This document shows positions 16,456 to 23,956 of a DNA stretch of 32,654 bases, one piece after another. The first letter of the stretch is position 1. The number at the start of each line of letters is the position of its first letter. The translations under genes and the position numbers were made by a program. The notes below the pieces were generated by a model. That model did no database searches. It was not told the DNA's origin and worked only from the letters and a program-made list of their open reading frames with translations. The DNA comes from an archaeon (GTDB lineage Archaea; EX4484-52; B79-G9), in the NCBI GenBank assembly GCA_043813875.1, contig JBDRKP010000075.1, forward strand, positions 1-32,654, written 5' to 3'.

Positions 16456-16995
16456 TTATTTTAGCACAGGACTGGCTGTGACCCTCACATTATCTTTTGC
16501 TTCTTTTACAATATTCAGCTTATAATTGAACGAATCCCCCGAAAGCCTTGCAATCCTCTCAAGTTTTGATCCTTTCGGAGGCATGCCCATATACGTCATT
16601 GTGACATTGCATGCCGTCTTTCTGCAATTGTATTTGTCGTAATCATGCTCTACCTGGAACTGGTAGCACATATGATATCCGCTGCTCAGATTGAGATTTT
16701 CAATATAATGCGGCGCAGAATCTATCGGCGGTCCCTCTTTTTCAGAGACGTATATCGCATAGACATTACTGTTCATAGATATCTCTTTTGTCTCTTTTGT
16801 GCCTTTTGTCATCGAGCAGATAGAATTGACCGCATTATAAAGCGTATTATAATGTTCCACAACCTGCTGGTTATTCAGCTGTATGATTAGCATCTGGATG
16901 TTTTGCTGGGCGCTGGCAAAAACAAATGCAGCAATCACTATTCCGACAATAACCCATATCCATATCGAGATAGATATCCCTTTTCTATAAACCAT
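16456..16995 (-). CDS. Class III signal peptide (pilin-like) protein; paralog of 15320..15862
   Basis: Likely start ATG 16995: MVYRKG|ISISIWIWVIVGIVIAAFVFASA. Confidence 0.82.
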   Translation of the reverse strand: MVYRKGISISIWIWVIVGIVIAAFVFASAQQNIQMLIIQLNNQQVVEHYNTLYNAVNSICSMTKGTKETKEISMNSNVYAIYVSEKEGPPIDSAPHYIENLNLSSGYHMCYQFQVEHDYDKYNCRKTACNVTMTYMGMPPKGSKLERIARLSGDSFNYKLNIVKEAKDNVRVTASPVLK

Positions 16996-17135
16996 ACAAA
17001 TACAATAGGTCTGATTAACATATATATCTTGCCCGTCAATGTGCAAGATTGAGCAAAAATAAAACAACATTTATAAATATGCAGACAAGAATAACACTAA
17101 TATAATATCTTCAATATTTTATTTTAGGTGATATC

Positions 17136-17621
17136 ATGGCAAAAAAAACATCAAGAGGCACAAGGGCGGTCAGGGCCGCAAAAACACCATCATCTGCACA
17201 TGAGTCGGATAACGCGCCAGTAGTTCGTAGAGAGATATTCAACATGGAAACGCTAAACATTCTTCTAAGCGCAATAATCCTTGTAGTGCTTTTGTATTCT
17301 CTCTCCGGCGGAGTTGGCTCACAGGACAACACCCTGAAAGCACCGTCAACTGCGCCCGCATCAAATGCTCCCGCATTCACTTCAGATGTAGCTGCCTGCG
17401 AAACATTCTGCACAAACAATCCGCAGCAACCGGGCAGTAAATTCGCAGGTGTGGCTGATAACGGTCATTGCCTTTGCGAGATAACGCTCGATTCGATACC
17501 GATTTACGCCCAAAACAAGACAATGACAGCGACTCTCATGATAGACCAGGGTATAATCATAAAAGAAGTGACATTAGAAGACGGCATAGTACAGCAGGCA
17601 TCAGTTCCTTTTGCACAGTAA
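17136..17621 (+). CDS. Single-pass membrane protein with small Cys-containing C-terminal domain
   Basis: GGTGAT RBS, basic N-terminus, TM LNILLSAIILVVLLYSL, CETFC...CLC. Confidence 0.8.
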   Translation: MAKKTSRGTRAVRAAKTPSSAHESDNAPVVRREIFNMETLNILLSAIILVVLLYSLSGGVGSQDNTLKAPSTAPASNAPAFTSDVAACETFCTNNPQQPGSKFAGVADNGHCLCEITLDSIPIYAQNKTMTATLMIDQGIIIKEVTLEDGIVQQASVPFAQ

Positions 17622-17629
17622 ACAGTAAA

Positions 17630-17878
17630 TTAACCGGACATCGTCTTTGTGGCAATGGTCTCGACGCGCCCGCTTTTATCCGTGCACTTGACGCGCACTC
17701 CATATTCACACATGTCGATTTCGCACAGGTATTTGCCATTGGATACCTTGAATGATCCGCCGATTGGCTTATCCACAAGCATCTTATTGCGCTCGATTAT
17801 CCGTTTATCCTCATTGATGGAATCAACCTGGAACATCAATGGGCGTCTTAAATTATTATTGTCATTATTGCAGAACAT
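17630..17878 (-). CDS. Small hypothetical protein (82 aa)
   Basis: ATG 17878 preceded by GGTGAT RBS and an upstream TTTATAAATA box: MFCNNDNNNLRRPLMFQVDS...KTMSG. Confidence 0.6.
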   Translation of the reverse strand: MFCNNDNNNLRRPLMFQVDSINEDKRIIERNKMLVDKPIGGSFKVSNGKYLCEIDMCEYGVRVKCTDKSGRVETIATKTMSG

Positions 17879-18157
17879 ACAATCACCACACAATTTGTTA
17901 CTTAAAAATAGTAACATATATTTATAAATCTTTGCTTTGGGAAGTTTTTTAAAAATCAACATAACTAATAATGCTTGGATATGATGTATCTGCCATAGAG
18001 TCAATCGGCTAGCTTTTTAGCGTAATGATATTCATTGATCATGATCGATTGACAATCCTGAGCACATATAAAAAGCGCATCACACAAGTGACAAGTGCAT
18101 ATGTGGGATTCCACATACAATTAAAAAGTATCGGGTTCAATATATTCTGGGAATAAA

Positions 18158-20116
18158 ATGTTGATTGGAGAGGTAGTGGGCAAGACTGGAACGAAAACAT
18201 TTAGATTTCGTGCTTACAAAGACGTGAATAAGCTTGATTTTGTCACAGTGAAAAACAAAGATGATCAGTGGATACTGGCACAGATAGACAGTGTCGAAAG
18301 CCATCCCGACGGCCGGAATATCGCCGTATGCCTCATACTGGGCTACAGGGAAAAAGGATCTCTTTTGACACCAAAGACACCGATAAAGCCCTCCACTCTC
18401 GTATACTCGGCAGACAAAGAGGTCATATACGACACATTAAACCTCTCATCAAAAGGACTTTACATAGGGAAGCTGGATGCGAACAAAGACGTATCAGTAT
18501 ACCTTGATCCCGAAGAATTGATCTCAAAGCACGTCGGTGTCCTTGCCGCAACAGGCTCGGGAAAATCATATACCGTTGCCGTGATTTTAGAAGAGCTGCT
18601 GGAGCAGAACATTCCTGTTGTTGTCCTTGATCCTCATGGTGAATATCGTACCTTGCGGTTCAAAAATGACAATGAGAAAGAACTCAAGCTGATGTCCAAA
18701 TACGGTATTGAACCGAAGGCATATAATGTGGTCGAATACAGCCCCGATCCCCGTCTTAACCCTGGCTCCAAGCAATTGAGCTTCTCAGACAAAAACCTTA
18801 CAGCGCATGAACTCGCCCAGATATTTCCGACAAAAGCCACATCATCCCAGATGGGAATTCTTTACAGCGCGATTCGTGACGCAAAAGCAAAAGGCGATTA
18901 TTCTCTCGATGATGTGATAACCTACGTAAGCAACAGCGAAAGTGCCTCAAAATGGAACGTCGTAAACATGCTGGAGATGATAAAAGAGGTAAACCTCTTC
19001 TCCAAAAACCCGACAAAACTGCTGGATCTGGTAAAACCAGGTCGTGCTGCGCTCATAAACTTACGGGGCATACCTCCCGAGATCCAGAACATAGTCTCAT
19101 TCAAGCTCTTGGAAGACATATTTGAACAGAGGAAAGTAGGTCGCATCCCTCCCCTATTCCTCATAATAGAGGAAGCCCACAACTTCTGCCCGGAAAAGGA
19201 AGTAAGGGCCTCATCAAAAATAATAAGGAGCATAGCAAGTGAAGGTCGAAAATTCGGCCTCGGATTATGTGTGATCTCACAAAGACCGGCTCGTGTCGAC
19301 AAAAACGTCCTGTCGCAATGCAACACACAGATAATATTGAGGATAACAAACCCGAACGACCTGAAAGCTGTCTGTTATGCAGAAGGGATAACTTCGGGCC
19401 TTGAAAACGAGATCAAGAACCTGAATCCCGGCACAGCCCTGATTCTTGGAAGAGAGATGCCCCTGTTTGTAGACGTCAGGGTACGAAGGACCCGCCACGG
19501 CGGCGTAACTGTAAGGATGACCGACCAGCCGGAAATCACCGACGGCATCATGTCCTTTGCAGGCATACGAAAAGAAGAGATAGAACTGACATTAGGCAAA
19601 GTCAAAAAGATATACTATCCTTGCTTCCGTGTCTCCAAATCAAGAAACCATTACCTCATTGACGGCATGAAAGGAAAAATATTGTACCGTGAAGGCGAAA
19701 AGACAAAAGAATCCAACATGGACCTTACTGATAACAATCTGAGAGTCCTCACATGTCTCTCAAAAATGATGAGCAAAGATGAACTTATATTGAAATCCAG
19801 CATGAACTATACTGATCTGATATCTTCTCTCAGCACGCTGATAGGTGGCGGATTTATCCAGGAGACCATCGAAACAGGTGCAGTTATGTACTCAAGAACA
19901 AAAAAAGCAGACATCAAGACATTTGATGTCGAGCCCCTTCTTGTCCAGATAGACGGCGATGTCCTGAAGCCGACCCTTACAAGAGAGCAGATATTGCATA
20001 AAGTGAAACTCCTGTTCAATGATTTCGACGATATTGAATTGGTATATTATCCATACATCATAGGAAAAGGCTTTATGATTGACGGAATCAGCGGAATAAA
20101 ACAGGACATTAATTGA
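18158..20116 (+). CDS. HerA-family (DUF87, FtsK-HerA superfamily) ATPase with N-terminal HAS barrel and extra C-terminal domain
   Basis: HAS-like IGEVVG...ILGY...PKTPIKP, KHVGVLAATGSGKS, VLDPHGEY, IIEEAHNF, IASEGRKFG, SQRP and LSQCNT. Confidence 0.92.
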   Translation: MLIGEVVGKTGTKTFRFRAYKDVNKLDFVTVKNKDDQWILAQIDSVESHPDGRNIAVCLILGYREKGSLLTPKTPIKPSTLVYSADKEVIYDTLNLSSKGLYIGKLDANKDVSVYLDPEELISKHVGVLAATGSGKSYTVAVILEELLEQNIPVVVLDPHGEYRTLRFKNDNEKELKLMSKYGIEPKAYNVVEYSPDPRLNPGSKQLSFSDKNLTAHELAQIFPTKATSSQMGILYSAIRDAKAKGDYSLDDVITYVSNSESASKWNVVNMLEMIKEVNLFSKNPTKLLDLVKPGRAALINLRGIPPEIQNIVSFKLLEDIFEQRKVGRIPPLFLIIEEAHNFCPEKEVRASSKIIRSIASEGRKFGLGLCVISQRPARVDKNVLSQCNTQIILRITNPNDLKAVCYAEGITSGLENEIKNLNPGTALILGREMPLFVDVRVRRTRHGGVTVRMTDQPEITDGIMSFAGIRKEEIELTLGKVKKIYYPCFRVSKSRNHYLIDGMKGKILYREGEKTKESNMDLTDNNLRVLTCLSKMMSKDELILKSSMNYTDLISSLSTLIGGGFIQETIETGAVMYSRTKKADIKTFDVEPLLVQIDGDVLKPTLTREQILHKVKLLFNDFDDIELVYYPYIIGKGFMIDGISGIKQDIN

Positions 20117-20485
20117 TTTCTTTTCTCGTTTTGTTTCATGGATATTCTGTTGGTATCCGGAATTATATCTGGACTTATGTATTGAAATACATAAAATATT
20201 ATAAAGATTAAAAGACATAATACTATATCGACATATTGGAATATTATCGTGATTTGATTCACAATCACAAAAACATAAATTCTGCCGGATATTTGGACCG
20301 GTTGGAATAATCCGTTTTAGTCTCAGGATAATGGGGCAGACGAAAGAAAGTGAATGAAATTAGGCAATATCCAGACGAAATTGGGATATGATCCATCTGC
20401 AAGACACGAGAAAACTATCTGTTTTGAAGATGACGATGTCATGGTTGAACCGATACGCGAATGATATATTTTTGGAGGCGGTATT

Positions 20486-20635
20486 TTGAAAATCAAAGTT
20501 GTTTGCTCGAAGTGTGAAAGTGTATTTGACTGGACGTGGGGTAAACAAAAAGGGGTTTGCGACAACTGTGACGCTCTGCTAAGCATAAAGGAAGTAAAGA
20601 TGGCTCAGGGAGAAGTAATGAAACTTTTCCAATAA
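20486..20635 (+). CDS. 49-aa zinc-ribbon protein, possibly a divergent eS27-like protein (not in ORF track)
   Basis: GGAGG RBS then TTG start: MKIKVVCSKCESVFDWTWGKQKGVCDNCDALLSIKEVKMAQGEVMKLFQ*, with CxxC-x14-CxxC. Confidence 0.7.
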   Translation: MKIKVVCSKCESVFDWTWGKQKGVCDNCDALLSIKEVKMAQGEVMKLFQ

Positions 20636-20837
20636 CCTTATTCTTTCTAAAGTAATCTCACATCGTTATATTTGTGATTGGAGTATTTTGTGTCATGGCG
20701 CTAGAAATCGTCCGTCACCGCCGCATAATCTGGCTGCATTGAATTGTCTTTTCATGCGATGAGCACTAACCTTTATAAAGAATTGTAATTCATAATAATT
20801 ATCTTGTTTATAAATAACTTGTACGAAGTGATGTTCA

Positions 20838-21458
20838 ATGGCCAAAAAAAATATTCCGGATGTTCCCGTAATAAAAACGAGTGCAGAGGAGAAACAAATA
20901 AAGACGATTGCAATGGATGCAGAAATAAAGATCCAGAACATAGTCGTTTCCGCTAACACTCATACGAAATTCTCACTTGAGATGCTGGCCGCGAATCTGG
21001 ACGAAGCAGAATATGAGCCAGAATCATTTCCGGGCTTGGTTTACCGCGTAAAAGACCCTAAAGCTTCAACATTGATATTTACCACAGGAAAGATTATCTG
21101 TTCCGGATCCAAATCATTCGAAGATGCAAAAAAGGCAATAGATAAAACAGCAGAAGCATTCAAGGCGCTTGGAATAGACGTTTCAGACCATATTGATGTT
21201 GAGATTGTAAATATTGTCGCTTCAGCTAACCTTAAAGCCAAACTGGATTTGAACAAGATTGTATTTGAGCTGGGCGAATGTGAATATGAGCCGGAGCAGT
21301 TTCCGGGTCTTGTATATCGGCTTGACGTCCCCAAAGTTGTCTTTTTGATATTCAATTCTGGAAAGATTGTATGCACCGGTGCAAAAAGCGAAGACATAGT
21401 TTCTTTATCCATCGTTAGGCTCAGGGAGAAACTGGAAGCCATCGGCGCGCTCAAATAG
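20838..21458 (+). CDS. tbp: TATA-box binding protein
   Basis: Two TBP repeats: NIVVS...YEPESFPGLVYR...LIFTTGKIICSG and NIVAS...YEPEQFPGLVYR...LIFNSGKIVCTGAKS. Confidence 0.97.
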   Translation: MAKKNIPDVPVIKTSAEEKQIKTIAMDAEIKIQNIVVSANTHTKFSLEMLAANLDEAEYEPESFPGLVYRVKDPKASTLIFTTGKIICSGSKSFEDAKKAIDKTAEAFKALGIDVSDHIDVEIVNIVASANLKAKLDLNKIVFELGECEYEPEQFPGLVYRLDVPKVVFLIFNSGKIVCTGAKSEDIVSLSIVRLREKLEAIGALK

Positions 21459-21494
21459 ATATGTTTTTATACTTTTGCTCTTTAATCCCTGATT

Positions 21495-22172
21495 ATGAGA
21501 TTACTTTGTACCTCGGATATACACAGAAACAGTATCATTGCTGACAATATTCTGAAAGCAATAAAAGATGAAAATATTGATGTATTTATTAATGGCGGCG
21601 ATTTTTTAGACAATCAGTTTGCATATGATTTTTTAACAAAGCTTAAAGTGAGGAGTTTCATAGTGCAGGGCAACTGGGACATGGGCCTCAACTTCAACAA
21701 CAAATATGTGACCATCGACAATTTCGGCGTATTCCGGTTCGGTGATTACCATTTTATGTGTGTGGGCGGAGGTTTTCCCTTCAGCGTACAGGATGCCTTG
21801 GACATTGTAAAAGACATTGACAGCAAGCGATTGATCATAATAACGCACTATCCGCCCTACGGCATCTTGGACAGGGCATGGTCCAACACCCACGCAGGAT
21901 ACCCTGAATACCGCAAATTCCTCGAGGAAAAAAAGCCATCACTTCATGTTTTCGGTCATATCCACGAATCAAACGGCACAGAGAAATTCAACGGGACTCT
22001 TGCAATAAACTGCGCACTTGCAGACTACGGTGAAGGCCGTGGCTACATCGTGGACCTTCCGGATAAAAGCGTAAAAGTCGTGAATCTTAATGAGACAAAA
22101 AGTGATACTCCCCTCAAATTTCAAAGCACGATATCACACATTATTAGGAAACGAAAACAAAGCCTTTCTTAA
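21495..22172 (+). CDS. Calcineurin-like metallophosphoesterase
   Basis: SDIH, GGDF, GNWD, THYPP and GHIHE motifs. Confidence 0.9.
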   Translation: MRLLCTSDIHRNSIIADNILKAIKDENIDVFINGGDFLDNQFAYDFLTKLKVRSFIVQGNWDMGLNFNNKYVTIDNFGVFRFGDYHFMCVGGGFPFSVQDALDIVKDIDSKRLIIITHYPPYGILDRAWSNTHAGYPEYRKFLEEKKPSLHVFGHIHESNGTEKFNGTLAINCALADYGEGRGYIVDLPDKSVKVVNLNETKSDTPLKFQSTISHIIRKRKQSLS

Positions 22173-23028
22173 GTACTGTGATATCCCTTTGAGGCGCGCG
22201 ATAAGAGTCAACAGGCTCAAGATTTCGCGCGATGAATGTACATCAAGGCTGAAAGACGCCGGTTTTACACTCAGCAAAATCCCCTGGAACGATTGGGGCT
22301 TCTGGATAGAAGACAAAGGCGACATCGCTCTTGGAAACACAATTGAGCACTTCTGCGGTTATTTCTATATCCAGGAAGCATCCTCGATGATACCTCCGCT
22401 TGTTCTTGATCCGAAGAAAGACGAGACTGTTCTTGACCTCTGCGCAGCCCCCGGCTCTAAAACAACCCAGATGGGTGAACTCATGGAAAACACTGGCACG
22501 ATAATCGCAAACGACACGAACATAACGCGCATGAAAGCTCTTCGATACAATTTGGACAAAAGCGGGATAATGAACACAATCGTGACACGCATGGACGGCG
22601 CAAAACTGAGCCGGTCCGGCCTCAAATTCGACAAGATACTCATCGATGCTCCCTGCTCTGCCGAAGGCACCGTAAGAAAAGACTGGAAAGTGCTCTCCCG
22701 CTGGAGCGAGGTCCTGATATCGACACTCTCAAGGCTCCAGAAACATATCGCCATAAACGGCATCCAATGCCTGAAAGAGGGCGGCACCATGGTCTATTCC
22801 ACCTGCACTCTCGCGCCGGAAGAGAACGAAGGCGTGATAAGCTATCTTCTGGACAAAGTAGAAGGTCTGCATATCGAAAAGATAAGATTGGACGGCTTGA
22901 AGACCCGGCCAGGCATAACCGGATGGCAGGGAACGCAATTCAGGGAAGAAGTAAAGAACTGTGCAAGAATCTACCCTCAGGACAACGATTCCGAAGGCTT
23001 CTTTGTGTGCAGGATAGTGAAAGATTAA
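22090..23028 (+). CDS. RsmB/NOL1/NOP2/Sun family RNA m5C methyltransferase
   Basis: IRVN.LK, YIQEASSM, VLDLCAAPGSKT, DAPCSAEG, VYSTCTL.PEENE, EGFF. Confidence 0.95.
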   Translation: MRQKVILPSNFKARYHTLLGNENKAFLKYCDIPLRRAIRVNRLKISRDECTSRLKDAGFTLSKIPWNDWGFWIEDKGDIALGNTIEHFCGYFYIQEASSMIPPLVLDPKKDETVLDLCAAPGSKTTQMGELMENTGTIIANDTNITRMKALRYNLDKSGIMNTIVTRMDGAKLSRSGLKFDKILIDAPCSAEGTVRKDWKVLSRWSEVLISTLSRLQKHIAINGIQCLKEGGTMVYSTCTLAPEENEGVISYLLDKVEGLHIEKIRLDGLKTRPGITGWQGTQFREEVKNCARIYPQDNDSEGFFVCRIVKD

Positions 23029-23037
23029 GTGATATCT

Positions 23038-23505
23038 ATGGACATGCTAAAAATCATGAACGCGAAAGAGAAAAAAGAGTTTTTAAGACAAGTAGAAGAC
23101 TTATACGGTATTGACAGAAGCATCTTAAAGGATCACGAATACCTCAGTAATTCAGAAAAGGTCTGGATAGCATCCCGTAACATTCTCAAGGGCAACTCCG
23201 CAAGATTGACCATCGAGGGTGTCGGCATGCTGTTTGCAAGAATATCAAAAGACTCAGGATCAATTAAGCTCACGACAAACGCAATCCAGCTCTTTGGTCG
23301 GCATATGACGAAAAACATACTGGTGCTTGAAAAAGAAGACGCCCAAAAATATGTCCGTGGCCTGGACATATCCGGCTTGCAGCAGACAGGCTGCGCAGGC
23401 TACGTGGTAGTAAAATCCGGGCGGGATTACCTTGGCTGTGGCCTCTACAAGGATGGTTGCCTGAAAAACCAGATCCCAAAGCAGCGCCGCATCAAGAAAT
23501 TCTAG
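23038..23505 (+). CDS. NIP7-like / RsmF C-terminal pre-PUA+PUA domain protein
   Basis: Directly follows the m5C methyltransferase; GMLFAR...IKLTTNAIQLFG...KN...YVRGLD...YVVV...LGCG...LKNQIPK.RR. Start 23038 or GTG 23029. Confidence 0.75.
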   Translation: MDMLKIMNAKEKKEFLRQVEDLYGIDRSILKDHEYLSNSEKVWIASRNILKGNSARLTIEGVGMLFARISKDSGSIKLTTNAIQLFGRHMTKNILVLEKEDAQKYVRGLDISGLQQTGCAGYVVVKSGRDYLGCGLYKDGCLKNQIPKQRRIKKF

Positions 23506-23649
23506 GTCATGCATGCACTAAAAGATATAAATGTCTTTATCTAAAATCATGCGTTTTGGCGGAGGTGGCAGTGGTGGCAGAGGCAGATGACGAATCAAAA
23601 ACATTTTTATAATTACCATTCGATTCTATAATAGATTCTATAATATCAT

Positions 23650-23722
23650 GGGCTGGTGGCTCAGTTGGAAGAGTACTGCCTTGGCATGGCAGAGGCCGCG
23701 GGTTCGAACCCCGCCCAGTCCA
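23650..23722 (+). tRNA. tRNA-Ala(GGC)
   Basis: Cloverleaf: acceptor GGGCTGG/CCAGTCC with G3:U70, D arm GCTC/GAGT, anticodon arm CTGCC-TTGGCAT-GGCAG, T arm GCGGG-TTCGAAC-CCCGC, discriminator A. No intron and no encoded CCA. Confidence 0.97.
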
Positions 23723-23956
23723 TAATCCTTTTATAGACGGTTATATTCCAAAAGCAATGCTTGTGATGTCTATTTTTGTTATTAGCAGAATATTTTAACA
23801 ACCGCGAAAAAATACGGCACTTAAAATTAATTTCTGAAATTTGGCCTTAACCGGATTTCTTCTTAGCAATAAACTATAATCTATATATATCAGTTGCTTC
23901 AATAATTTACATGTTATAAATATGTTATTTTATTGCTGTGCTACCGGAGGGATTTC

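Noticed and set aside
5239..16995. Archaellum (arl/fla) operon
   Set aside because: No archaellin-like GIGTLIVFIAMVLVAAVAA N-terminus, and no ArlH, ArlI or ArlJ genes in the window.
20354..20464. 36-aa ORF MKLGNIQTKLGYDPSARHEKTICFEDDDVMVEPIRE upstream of the Zn-ribbon ORF
   Set aside because: Could be real, but it has no recognisable motif or clear RBS, so support is insufficient.
18158..22172. HerA plus metallophosphoesterase as a herA-mre11 repair or defence operon
   Set aside because: The phosphoesterase is short (225 aa), of the Icc-like type rather than Mre11-like, and is separated from the ATPase by tbp and promoter-containing gaps. No rad50 or nurA is present.
23650..23760. tRNA-Ala as the integration site of an island carrying the giant surface genes
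   Set aside because: No integrase and no duplicated tRNA 3' end visible in the window. It cannot be excluded beyond the window end.
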